NCBI GenBank assembly: GCA_021826685.1
Contig: JAKAYT010000001.1
Coordinates: 14,789-78,788, forward strand
Origin: Thermoplasmata archaeon
GTDB taxonomy: Archaea; Thermoplasmatota; Thermoplasmata; Lutacidiplasmatales; UBA184
Length of the DNA: 64,000 bases
Reading direction: 5' to 3'
Part shown: in pieces, positions 54,403 through 63,189 of the stretch
Layout: each line of letters starts with the position of its first letter
How positions within the stretch are numbered: position 1 is the first letter of the stretch
The notes under the pieces: model-generated
The model's input: only the letters and a program-made list of their open reading frames with translations
Told to the model about the DNA's origin: nothing
Database searches by the model: none
Position numbers and translations under genes: made by a program

Positions 54403-55533
54403 ATGGGCAGCGAGTCGGTCGTTCAAAAGGGGCTTCAGGACGTCGTCGCGCTCGAATCGAGGATCTGCTTCATTGACGGCAAGCAGGGTCGTCTCATCTA
54501 TCGGGGCTACGACATCCGGGACCTTGCGGCTCAGTCAACGTTCGAGGAGGTGGCCTACCTGCTCTGGTACGGCCGCCTGCCCACGGCTGCCGAGCTCGCC
54601 AGTCTCCGCACGACGCTCGCCGGCCTGCGAGCCCTGCCTCCCCCAGTGACCGAGATCCTCGATCGAATGCCCAAAGACGCGAACCCGATGGACATCCTTC
54701 GCACGACGGTCAGCGCCCTCGCGATCTTCGAGCCCGGAGAGACCAAGTCCGGGCCGAGTTCGATCGGCGGGGCTCAGCGCCTCACGGCGGCCCTCCCGAC
54801 CATCCTCGGACACTTCCACCGCCGACGCGCGGGACTACCGGCGATCCGGCCGCGCCCAGAACTCTCGCACGCAGCGTATCTTCTCTACGCGCTCTTGAAC
54901 GCGGAGCCAAGCCCGCTGGACGTGAACGCGATCGACGTCGCCCTCATCCTGCACGCGGACCACGAGCTCAACGCGTCCACGTTTGCCGCGCGGGTCACCG
55001 CGTCCACGCTCAGCGACCTCTACAGCGCGGTCACGAGCGCGATCGGGACGCTCAAGGGGCCGCTGCACGGGGGAGCGAACGAGCGCGTCATGGAGCTGCT
55101 CGACGAGATCCAGTCTCCCGACCGGGCCGAGGCCGTGGTGCAATCCCGGCTCGCCAAGCACGAGAGGATCATGGGCTTCGGCCACCGCGTGTATCGCGTG
55201 GAGGACCCTCGCGCCACGGTCCTACGGGAGTGGTCGCGCAAGATCGGGGAGGAGAAGAAGGACATCCACTACTACGATCTGCTGCGCGCGGTCGAACTGG
55301 TCGTCATGAAGGAAAAGGGGCTCTACCCGAACGTCGACCTGTACTCGGGGTCGATCTACACTCTGCTCGGTATCCCGCACGACCTTTTCACGCCGATCTT
55401 TGCCGCCAGCCGGGTCAGCGGCTGGACCGCGCACGTACTCGAGGAGTACGACGACCTCCGGTTGATCCGCCCGACGGCCGCGTACGTCGGCCCGTCCGAG
55501 CAGCGCTACGTGCCGATCGCGGAACGAAAGTGA
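54403..55533 (+). CDS. gltA: Citrate synthase
   Basis: GLQDVVALESRICFIDG..G.LIYRGY, HADHELNAST and GFGHRVYR match the citrate synthase pattern. Confidence 0.95.
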   Translation: MGSESVVQKGLQDVVALESRICFIDGKQGRLIYRGYDIRDLAAQSTFEEVAYLLWYGRLPTAAELASLRTTLAGLRALPPPVTEILDRMPKDANPMDILRTTVSALAIFEPGETKSGPSSIGGAQRLTAALPTILGHFHRRRAGLPAIRPRPELSHAAYLLYALLNAEPSPLDVNAIDVALILHADHELNASTFAARVTASTLSDLYSAVTSAIGTLKGPLHGGANERVMELLDEIQSPDRAEAVVQSRLAKHERIMGFGHRVYRVEDPRATVLREWSRKIGEEKKDIHYYDLLRAVELVVMKEKGLYPNVDLYSGSIYTLLGIPHDLFTPIFAASRVSGWTAHVLEEYDDLRLIRPTAAYVGPSEQRYVPIAERK

Positions 55534-55909
55534 GCGGGCCCTTCACCGCATCGACGCTCATCAGCGGGTAACGCAGGTCGGCCCGGTGCGCGAGACGCGC
55601 GGTCACCCGCACCGGCCCATCCGCGAGGTGCACCGTCACGTGGAGCATTTCCGCCGTTAGGTAGCGGTAGGCGTATCTCCCGCGGCCGACAGGTCCGCCG
55701 GCTTCGGGCCGTATCCGCACTCGGGTCCCGACGACGTAGGGCTGGAGGCGGACCGCCGACTCGATCGCGCGCGCGAGTCCGGGCGCGGTACGCGCCGTGA
55801 TAGGGGTCCCCAGGTATTGGTGGAAGACCCCCCCGAGCTTGATCCCGGCCTCGAACATCAGCCGTTCTCGGACCGACAGCACGGCGGGAGATCGAGTTGG
55901 TATCTTCAT
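55415..55909 (-). CDS. Archaeal-type dihydroneopterin aldolase-like protein (MptD family), tentative
   Basis: ERLMFEAGIKLGGVFHQYLGTPI...AIESAVRLQPYV...RYPLMSV resembles the MJ0408-type family as I recall it. The R-rich tail overlaps the citrate synthase 3' end by 119 nt. Confidence 0.5.
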   Translation of the reverse strand: MKIPTRSPAVLSVRERLMFEAGIKLGGVFHQYLGTPITARTAPGLARAIESAVRLQPYVVGTRVRIRPEAGGPVGRGRYAYRYLTAEMLHVTVHLADGPVRVTARLAHRADLRYPLMSVDAVKGPLTFVPRSARSAARTGRRTRPSGGSTGGRRTPRVRARSSR

Positions 55910-56667
55910 GGGACCACAGCGGACGGAGGATCGGGCGAGCGGTGGGGCAGGGTGAACGGCCCGATCACGTAGTACAGGAAGAGGCCGGCGCCCATGACTG
56001 CGCTACCGGCGAGCGCGACCGCGTACGCAGCCGCGTCCGGGGCCGGCCGGAACTGGAACGGGACCAGCATCACCGCGGCCGCGACTCCCGTAATCGCCAT
56101 CGGAATGCGGAGGCGCGCCCCGCGTCGCATCTTCGGATAGGCCCACGGTGCGACCATGAGGAGCGCGAAGGGAGCCGCGAAGCCGTAGAAGACGAGAGGT
56201 TGAACGGTCAGGAACGCCGGTACGTAGAACGCGGCGCCGAACCAAGTGACCGCGAGCGCGGCGATGGGTGTCGGGGTCCCGAAGAAGTCCGGCTGGCGGT
56301 AGTGGTGGGCGGTAAACCGAACGAGTCGCGTGAGGGCCAGCGCGAGATAGACCGCCCCCACCACGTATCCCACGACCGCATACGAGCCCCAGAGGCTCCC
56401 TTGATTCGCGTGGTAGGCGATCAGGAGCGCGGGCGCGAGGCCGAAGGTGATCGAGTCCGCGATCGAATCCGCGATCCGGCCGAACGTCGACCCTCCCAAC
56501 CCGCTGCGGCGCGAGAGGATGCCGTCGAGGCCGTCAAAGCCGATGCCGATGGCGATGAGCAGCATCGCGAAGAGGGGGTTCCCGAGGAGGATGTACGCGA
56601 TCGCACCGACTCCGACAAGCGCGTTGGCGAGCGTGGCGAGGTTCGCGGCGATCCGCCAGCCGTTCAT
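55906..56667 (-). CDS. pssA: CDP-alcohol phosphatidyltransferase, archaetidylserine synthase-like
   Basis: From MNGWRIAANL it has the motif DGLDGILSRRSGLGGSTFGRIADSIADSI (D-G-x2-x-R...G-x3-D-x3-D). It has 4-nt overlaps on both sides. Confidence 0.85.
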   Translation of the reverse strand: MNGWRIAANLATLANALVGVGAIAYILLGNPLFAMLLIAIGIGFDGLDGILSRRSGLGGSTFGRIADSIADSITFGLAPALLIAYHANQGSLWGSYAVVGYVVGAVYLALALTRLVRFTAHHYRQPDFFGTPTPIAALAVTWFGAAFYVPAFLTVQPLVFYGFAAPFALLMVAPWAYPKMRRGARLRIPMAITGVAAAVMLVPFQFRPAPDAAAYAVALAGSAVMGAGLFLYYVIGPFTLPHRSPDPPSAVVP

Positions 56668-57281
56668 CCGACGACCTCGGCGATCTGGGATGTGCCCGCC
56701 CAGACCCGGTCTCCGACCCGCACGGTGGGCCGGACGCGGTCGGCGGGTAAGAGAACGTCGACCCGAGAGCCGAGCGCGATCATCCCGAACCGCCGGCCCT
56801 TCGGCAGAGGGTCCCCCACCCGGACGAAGCTCACCAGCCGGCGAGCAACGATCCCGGTCATCTGGACCACCTCGACCTCGCCGAGCACGGTATCGATCAC
56901 GTAGTTCCGTTGACAGTTGTGCCGCGCGTCCGGAGTGTAGGCAGGCCGGAACCCGCTCCCCGAGTCGCGAGTCGCCCGTAGCGTCCCCTCTATCGGGACA
57001 CGGTTCACGTGAACGTCGGTGACGTTCATGAAGACGGCGATGCGCCAGCGCGCGTCCTCCCGGAGGACGACACAAACCCTTCCATCCGCAGGGCTGACGA
57101 TTCCCGGACCGGGGGCGCGCTCCGGATCTCGGAAGAAGGCGGCGAGAAACGCCAGGAGACCCAGCACGACCGCGACCGGAATCAGGTAGAGGAACGCTCG
57201 GAGCGCAAGGCACGTCGCAACGGCGATCACCACGAGCACGAAACCGACCGCCAGATAGCGGCCGGATCCCGGCGCGAACAT
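56664..57281 (-). CDS. psd: Archaetidylserine/phosphatidylserine decarboxylase proenzyme (small type)
   Basis: An N-terminal TM pair is present, with VHVNRVPIEG. GMIALGSRVD contains the G-S self-cleavage site. Confidence 0.85.
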   Translation of the reverse strand: MFAPGSGRYLAVGFVLVVIAVATCLALRAFLYLIPVAVVLGLLAFLAAFFRDPERAPGPGIVSPADGRVCVVLREDARWRIAVFMNVTDVHVNRVPIEGTLRATRDSGSGFRPAYTPDARHNCQRNYVIDTVLGEVEVVQMTGIVARRLVSFVRVGDPLPKGRRFGMIALGSRVDVLLPADRVRPTVRVGDRVWAGTSQIAEVVG

Positions 57282-57292
57282 ACGCCGCGCGA

Positions 57293-57616
57293 CTAGCTCG
57301 TCAGGACGATCTCGATGTTGACACCGTCCGGCACCTGGATGCGCATGACCTGGCGCAAGGCGCGCTCGTCGGCGTCAATGTCGATCAGACGCTTGTGGAT
57401 CCGCATCTCCCAGTGGTCAATCGTGCTGGTCCCTCCGCCGTCCGGTCCTTTACGGACCGGCACCTTGAGCCTCTTGGTCGGGAGAGGGATCGGACCCGAG
57501 ATCCGAACACCGGTTTTCTGGGAGATCTCTCGGATCTGCTTGCAGATCGAGTCGACCTTCTTTGACTCGGTGCCGCTGAGCGAGATACGCGCTACTTGCG
57601 GCATCGGTCGAACCAC
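57293..57616 (-). CDS. rps10: 30S ribosomal protein S10
   Basis: ARISLSG...[11 protein letters not shown]...[13 protein letters not shown] is characteristic. The start may be Met5 (57604). Confidence 0.95.
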   Translation of the reverse strand: MVRPMPQVARISLSGTESKKVDSICKQIREISQKTGVRISGPIPLPTKRLKVPVRKGPDGGGTSTIDHWEMRIHKRLIDIDADERALRQVMRIQVPDGVNIEIVLTS

Positions 57617-57657
57617 CCTCCTTCGAGATCCAAGTCGCGGGTGCCTTTAGCGATGCC

Positions 57658-58938
57658 CTACGCGGCGCGCTTCTTGAGGTCGGTGACGACGCCCGCGGCG
57701 ACCGTCTGACCCATGTCGCGGACGGCGAAGCGACCGAGCTGGGGGAACTCCTTGTACCGTTCGATGACCAGCGGACGCTTCGGGGTAATCTCCACCACCG
57801 CCGCGTCCCCCGTCTTGAGCGTCTGCGGGTTCTCTTCCGCGGTCTGTCCGGTCTTCGGGTCGAGGCGGCGGACGAGCTTCGTGAACTCGCACGCGACTTG
57901 GGCGGTGTGCGCATGGAAGACCGGCGTGTAGCCGGCGGTGATCACGCTGGGATGGTTCAGGACCTGGATGTTTGCCGTGAAGCTCTCCACGACCGTCGGG
58001 GGGTTGGACGCCGGGCCCGCAACTTCACCGCGGTGAATGTCGTTCTTGTCGATGCCCCGGACATTGAACCCGATGTTGTCGCCCGGCTGAGCTTCGGCTA
58101 CGCTCTCGTGGTGCATCTCGATGGACTTCACTTCCCCGGACTTGCCACCGGGCATGAAGACGATCTTGTCGCCGACCTTGACCTTGCCGGTCTCGACGCG
58201 GCCGACGGGCACCGTACCAATCCCCGTGATCGTGTAGACGTCCTGAATCGGGAGCCGCAGTGGCTTGTCGGTCGGCTTCTCGGGGACCTTGAGGTTGTCC
58301 AGCGCCTGGAGGAGCGTCGGGCCCTTGTACCACGGCATGTTGGGGCTCGCCTTGTTGATGTTATCGTCCTTGAAGGCGGAGATCGGGACGAATACCACCT
58401 GCTCGGCGACCTTGTACCCGACGTTCTTCAGGAGCTTCGTCAGCTCCTCCTTAAGCTCGTTGAACTTCGCCTCGGAGTAGTTGACCTCCTGGCGGTCCAT
58501 CTTGTTGATCGCGCAGATCAACTGCGTGACCCCGAGCGTGCGGGACAGGAAGATGTGCTCCTTGGTCTGCTCCTGGACCCCTTCCGCAGCCGAACAGACG
58601 AGCACGGCCGCGTCGGCCTGGCTCGTCCCCGTGATCATGTTTTTGACGAAGTCACGGTGCCCCGGCGCGTCGATGATCGTGAAGTAGTACTTCTGGGTGT
58701 CAAAGCGCCGGTGCGCGATGTCGATCGTGACCCCGCGCTCGCGCTCCTCCTTGAGGTCGTCCATGACCCAGGCGAATTCGAACGTCGCCTTGCCCTTGGC
58801 TTCGGCCTCGGCGCGGAACTTGTCAATCTCTTCCTGACGGATGTACCCCGTGTCCAAGAGCAGACGACCCACGGTCGTCGACTTCCCGTGGTCCACGTGG
58901 CCGATGAAGACAATGTTCAGGTGGGGCTTGGTTGCCAT
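57658..58938 (-). CDS. tuf: Translation elongation factor 1-alpha
   Basis: From [21 protein letters not shown] it also has DAPGH and NKMD. I chose the ATG at 58938 rather than the ORF-track TTG at 58965. Confidence 0.97.
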   Translation of the reverse strand: MATKPHLNIVFIGHVDHGKSTTVGRLLLDTGYIRQEEIDKFRAEAEAKGKATFEFAWVMDDLKEERERGVTIDIAHRRFDTQKYYFTIIDAPGHRDFVKNMITGTSQADAAVLVCSAAEGVQEQTKEHIFLSRTLGVTQLICAINKMDRQEVNYSEAKFNELKEELTKLLKNVGYKVAEQVVFVPISAFKDDNINKASPNMPWYKGPTLLQALDNLKVPEKPTDKPLRLPIQDVYTITGIGTVPVGRVETGKVKVGDKIVFMPGGKSGEVKSIEMHHESVAEAQPGDNIGFNVRGIDKNDIHRGEVAGPASNPPTVVESFTANIQVLNHPSVITAGYTPVFHAHTAQVACEFTKLVRRLDPKTGQTAEENPQTLKTGDAAVVEITPKRPLVIERYKEFPQLGRFAVRDMGQTVAAGVVTDLKKRAA

Positions 58939-58973
58939 TGGGGTGTTCCTTCCGGGCGCGCTCAAAAGGTCCC

Positions 58974-58983
58974 CCTATATAGG
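58974..58983. promoter_or_regulatory. Palindromic TATA element CCTATATAGG, potentially bidirectional
   Basis: It lies about 40 nt upstream of the tuf ATG on the minus strand. It lies 25-29 nt upstream of the TTG at 59008 on the plus strand. Confidence 0.55.
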
Positions 58984-59007
58984 ACTTGTTGAGCGGGTGG
59001 CCCGATA

Positions 59008-59682
59008 TTGACGGAGACGGGCGGCCGCCATCGTGCTCCCTCCAAGGACCGTGCTCTCCGCATCGGTTCTCGAACGGCGGGCGTCGCCCACGCTGCGGTT
59101 TCGGGGGTCGGGCCCGCGGGCCGACGCGCTCAAATCTCCCGTAGCCTCCCGATGCGTGCTGATCACCTCGTGCCGTTGCAGACCGTGACCGCCGGAACCG
59201 TCGAAGGATCGCCGCCCGTACATCGGGTGCGGATGCCGCGATGCCTCCCGTGCGGTGATCGCCACGAGTTGGGCTCGTACTTCGATGGCTGCACCGCAGG
59301 CCATGCCGCGGGCGGAACTCCCACCCATTCGCCGCGAGACTCCAAGGGCCCGGGCGTCAACGGGAGATGGGATTCCCGCGACCGCACCGTGGGGGGATTC
59401 TCTGTCGAGTCCATCTCTCCCTACGCGGCCTCCTTCTCCGCCGGATGGGGGTCAATGGGAGCCTGGATCCGAACCGGCTCCGGATGCGGGGGATTCCCGA
59501 GCCTCGAGGAGGATGCGTTCCTCGCAGAGATCGCCATCGGTTCCGATCCGAAGCCTTGCCCTCGGTCACTGGTTACCTTGACCCCCGACGCCCCAGGGCG
59601 ACCGTTGGCCGAGTGCGAGCGGAACGTTCGCGCGCGTACCTTGGGCCGCGCCGCAGTGACCTCACCTCCCGGGAGAAGGTAG
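59008..59682 (+). CDS. Orphan ORF upstream of mbf1 (224 codons from TTG; shorter from ATG 59152 or 59233); may instead be a long leader or an ncRNA
   Basis: The start sits at leaderless distance from the TATA palindrome. The stop TAG (59680-59682) lies 2 nt before the mbf1 ATG. Third-position G+C is raised but lower than in the confident genes. It has a CLPCG...C..H motif, and I recognise no family. Confidence 0.3.
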   Translation: MTETGGRHRAPSKDRALRIGSRTAGVAHAAVSGVGPAGRRAQISRSLPMRADHLVPLQTVTAGTVEGSPPVHRVRMPRCLPCGDRHELGSYFDGCTAGHAAGGTPTHSPRDSKGPGVNGRWDSRDRTVGGFSVESISPYAASFSAGWGSMGAWIRTGSGCGGFPSLEEDAFLAEIAIGSDPKPCPRSLVTLTPDAPGRPLAECERNVRARTLGRAAVTSPPGRR

Positions 59683-59684
59683 CG

Positions 59685-60131
59685 ATGCTTTGCGAGATGT
59701 GCGGCAAGGATGTGGAGCGTACCTGTCGGACGCGAATCGAGGGATCGGTCCTCTTGCTCTGTCCCGACTGTTCCCGCTTCGGTGTCGTGCTCGACCCTCC
59801 CCCCGCGGCCGTGATCGTTGCGAGCGGTGCGCTTCGGAGACCCCCCGCGAGCCTTGGCCCGCAGCGGGGGGCGACCCGGCGAAGCGACGAACGAGACGTG
59901 TTCTCGGACATGGGCGAGTTGGAGCTCGCCCCGGACTGGGGTCGGCGCATCCGCGCCGCCCGGGAGAGTCGCCAGTGGACCCCGGACGATCTCGCGAAGC
60001 GCCTCAACGAGAAGCGTTCCCTCGTGCTCAAGCTCGAGTCAGGAAACTTCCACCCTACGGATGCGCTCGTCCGCAAGCTCGAGCACCATCTCGGTATCCG
60101 ACTGCGGGCCGACCCCGAAAGGAGCTCCTAG
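59685..60131 (+). CDS. mbf1: Multiprotein bridging factor 1 (aMBF1): zinc ribbon plus XRE-type HTH
   Basis: The zinc ribbon reads MLCEMCGKD...LLLCPDCSRFG. The HTH reads IRAARESRQWTPDDLAKRLNEKRSLVLKLESG. Confidence 0.85.
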   Translation: MLCEMCGKDVERTCRTRIEGSVLLLCPDCSRFGVVLDPPPAAVIVASGALRRPPASLGPQRGATRRSDERDVFSDMGELELAPDWGRRIRAARESRQWTPDDLAKRLNEKRSLVLKLESGNFHPTDALVRKLEHHLGIRLRADPERSS

Positions 60132-61087
60132 CGGCGCGACGTCGCCCGCGCCGGCCGAAAGATCCACTCCAGGAGCGCCTTCTGGGCGTGCAAGCGGTTC
60201 TCGGCCTGATCCCAAATCGCTTGTCGCGTTCCGTCCATGACGGCGTCGGTGATCTCCTGGCCGCGATGGGCGGGGAGATCGTGCATCGCAAAGGCCCCGG
60301 GCTTGCCGAGATCCAGCAACGCGTCGTTTACTTGGTAACCCTTGAAGGCCCCTTCACGTTGGGCGGCCTCGGCTTCTTCACCCATCGACACCCAAACGTC
60401 GGTGTAGATGGCGTCGGCACCCTTGGCCGCGGTCTTCGGATCGTCGGTGAGATCGATGGCCGAACCAGATTCCTTGGCCCGTTCTCTCGCCGCGGCCACG
60501 ATCTCGGGGCGCGGTCCATAATCACGGGGTGTTGCGGCCGCGATATCGAGCCCAACGCTCGCGGCTCCGAGCAGGAGCGAATGCAGGACGTTGTTGCCGT
60601 CCCCGATGAACGCCAACCTCCGTCCTTTGAACTTTCCCCCCCAGCGTTCGTGCAGGGTAAGGAGGTCCGCGGCAATCTGGCACGGGTGCTCGATGTCATC
60701 GAGAGCGTTGATGACCGGGATCGAGGCCCACCGCGCCAGCTCCGTCACGTCGGAGTGGCGATAGGCCCGGTACGCGATCACGTCCACAAACCGGGAGAGG
60801 ACGCGTGCGGTGTCGGCAATCGTCTCCCCGCGTCCGAGCTGAAGGTCTTTGGAGGACAGGTAGAGGGACTGGCCTCCGAGATCGTGCGCGCCTACCTCGA
60901 ACGAGGTCCGCGTCCGGGTCGAGGACTTCTCGAAGATGAGGGCAAGGGTCTTCCCCTTCAGCACGGGGGGGCTGCGCCCGCGCCGGCGCTGGGCCTTGAG
61001 CTCGACTCCGCGTCGAAGTATTTGGGGGAGATCGTCGGCAAAATCCAAGACGGATAGGATGTGTCGGGGTCGTTGCGGAAGCGGCAC
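60128..61087 (-). CDS. argF: Ornithine carbamoyltransferase
   Basis: FEKSSTRTRTSFE, QLGRGETIADTARVLSRFVD, HPCQ and DVWVSMG match the OTCase pattern. The usual HCLP motif reads HDLP here. Confidence 0.9.
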   Translation of the reverse strand: MPLPQRPRHILSVLDFADDLPQILRRGVELKAQRRRGRSPPVLKGKTLALIFEKSSTRTRTSFEVGAHDLGGQSLYLSSKDLQLGRGETIADTARVLSRFVDVIAYRAYRHSDVTELARWASIPVINALDDIEHPCQIAADLLTLHERWGGKFKGRRLAFIGDGNNVLHSLLLGAASVGLDIAAATPRDYGPRPEIVAAARERAKESGSAIDLTDDPKTAAKGADAIYTDVWVSMGEEAEAAQREGAFKGYQVNDALLDLGKPGAFAMHDLPAHRGQEITDAVMDGTRQAIWDQAENRLHAQKALLEWIFRPARATSRR

Positions 61088-61758
61088 GAACGCGTCAGAG
61101 GTTTGTGGTTCAATACGGCATCGGTGAGACGGACTTTACGAGGCCGTGCCGCCGGGCCGAACCGCTGTCGCCATGTCCCGCGGACCTTCGCCTCCACCCG
61201 CATGCCGCCGAGCGAACAAGCCTCCTAGTCGCCGTCCGTCAATCACGCACAAACTGAATTCGTCGCGCCGCTTCCGTATCTCCATGGACGGTGCGCGGAC
61301 CACCGACTCGACGTCGCGATAGAGGGAGGAGGGTCGGTGCGAACGCAAGATCATCTCACGATCGAAGCGCCGGATTGTTTTCGAGGACCGGGAGGAGGAC
61401 CGCTCCGCAAGGACAGGGAGTTGGGGGACCGCCGACCTCCGCCGTTCCTAGCGATGGCATTCGAAGCGGCGCGGCAACCGACCGGATGACTCACTGGAGT
61501 ACGGGCTGACCCCGCTCGGAGCGAGGCGGACGCGTCGCGACCTTGCGCTATCGACGTCGGTTTCACCGCACCGCGATCCCTAGGCTCTCGAAGGCTCAGG
61601 TGGACCGAAACACGGGTGCCATCTGCGGTCGTTTCCGACCGGCGCTCGAACGGGATTGCCGCCCGATCCGAGGAGGATCCGCTCGAACGTTCTCAGGATC
61701 GTCGCTTCCCGGCATCGCTAAGAGCGGGACGTACTTCGCGCGCCGCGAGGAAGGAAGA

Positions 61759-63189
61759 ATGCCCGCTCGCTCGAAACGAACCGCGCACGCGCGACCCCGC
61801 TCTCGAACACCCGTGTCTCGCCCTCGGACGGGAGCCTCCGCTCGGAAGGTCTACATGGTCACCGGAGGGGTCACGAAGTTCGCGAAGGCCCACCCGGCGA
61901 TGGACTTCCGCCTGATGGTCAAACGTGCCTACGATTACGCGCTCAAAGGGATCCCGAACCTGACCAAAGACCGGATCGATGGGACCCGTATCTCGTACTT
62001 CTCCGATCACTTCTCTCGGCAGCTCAAGGCCGCCAGCATGGTCCAGGACTATCTTGGGATGAACCCGAAGGGCTCGGTCCGTATCGAATGGGGAGGCGCG
62101 ACCGGAGGCGAGTGCTTCCAGGCGGCCTACGAGGCGGTCGCCAGCGGACGGATGGATGTCTGCCTGGCTGCCGGCTACGAGACGATGAGCCGGGTCGCCA
62201 CGTGGAAGGGGAACGAATTCATCGCACTCGCCTCGGACACGAACTTCGATTTCCCCCTCGGAGGCTTTTACACGGGATACTACGCGCTGATGGTCATTCG
62301 ACACATCTACCAGTACCTGCGGCTGACCCGTTTCGCCCACATCGCCGACGAACGCGAAGCTCAGCGCATGGCGATTGCCGAGGGCCAGCGCATCATGAGC
62401 CTCGTCTCGGTCAAAAACCACCTCAACGCGATGCACAATCCCTACGCACAGTATCCGAAGCAGCTCACCGTCGACGATGTGCTGAACTCCGAGATGATCA
62501 GCTACCCCTTGACGCGCGAGCAGATTTGTACGATGAGCGACGGCGCGGCGGTGGCCATCCTGTGTGACGAGCGGCGCGCACGCGAGTTCACCGACAAGCC
62601 CGTGCGCATCATCGGCGTCGGGACCGGGACGGATACGATGCGTCTCGCGGACCGACCCTTCGGCACCGTCCCGCTGCTGCCTCACGAGCAGACCTCGGAC
62701 TACGAGGGGCTGCCCTATCCGGGCGTCCATTCCTTCCGCGCGGGTCGCGCGGCGGGGATCGAAGCGTACCGTATGGCCGGCATCACGGACCCGAAGAAGG
62801 AGCTCGACTTCATCGAACTGCACGACGCCTACGCCTCGAGCGAGATACAGACGTACGAGGACCTCGGACTTTGCCGGTACGGCGAGGGCTACTCGTTCGT
62901 GGAGCGGGGCGACCCGTTCCTCAAGAACATCCACTACCCGTTCCCGACCCCGAACGCGGGAGCGATCCCGGTCAACCCTTCGGGAGGCCTCATCGCCTGC
63001 GGCCATCCGGTCGGCGCCACCGGATTGATGCAAGCCGTGTTTGCCTTCTGGCAACTCCAAGGAACGATCCGCAAGCACTTCGGGGACGGAACGCTCCAGC
63101 TCAAGAACCCTCGGCGAGGGGCGATCCACTCTCACGCCGGTACGGGATCGTCGGTGACCGTTTCTATCCTCGAGAGGGGGTTCCGCTGA
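61759..63189 (+). CDS. Thiolase-like (SCP-x/archaeal acetoacetyl-CoA thiolase type) protein
   Basis: VYMVTGGVTKFAK, NPSGG and GHPVGATG match the thiolase pattern. The start is unresolved: ATG 61759, GTG 61813 or ATG 61855. The conserved VY precedes Met 61855, so an upstream start is favoured. Confidence 0.85.
   Translation: MPARSKRTAHARPRSRTPVSRPRTGASARKVYMVTGGVTKFAKAHPAMDFRLMVKRAYDYALKGIPNLTKDRIDGTRISYFSDHFSRQLKAASMVQDYLGMNPKGSVRIEWGGATGGECFQAAYEAVASGRMDVCLAAGYETMSRVATWKGNEFIALASDTNFDFPLGGFYTGYYALMVIRHIYQYLRLTRFAHIADEREAQRMAIAEGQRIMSLVSVKNHLNAMHNPYAQYPKQLTVDDVLNSEMISYPLTREQICTMSDGAAVAILCDERRAREFTDKPVRIIGVGTGTDTMRLADRPFGTVPLLPHEQTSDYEGLPYPGVHSFRAGRAAGIEAYRMAGITDPKKELDFIELHDAYASSEIQTYEDLGLCRYGEGYSFVERGDPFLKNIHYPFPTPNAGAIPVNPSGGLIACGHPVGATGLMQAVFAFWQLQGTIRKHFGDGTLQLKNPRRGAIHSHAGTGSSVTVSILERGFR

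Noticed and set aside
59465-59477. On the minus strand, GGTTCGGATCC, a T-loop-like string in the tuf/mbf1 spacer
   Set aside because: The flanks do not form a 5-bp T-stem or any cloverleaf.
61384-61418. AGGACCGGGAGGAGGACCGCTCCGCAAGGACAGGG resembles SRP RNA helix 8 (AGGNCCGGAAGGNAGCA...CAAGGCAG)
   Set aside because: It lacks the conserved AGCA loop residues and a proper GNAR tetraloop context. I could not build an Alu-domain or a helix 5 pairing.
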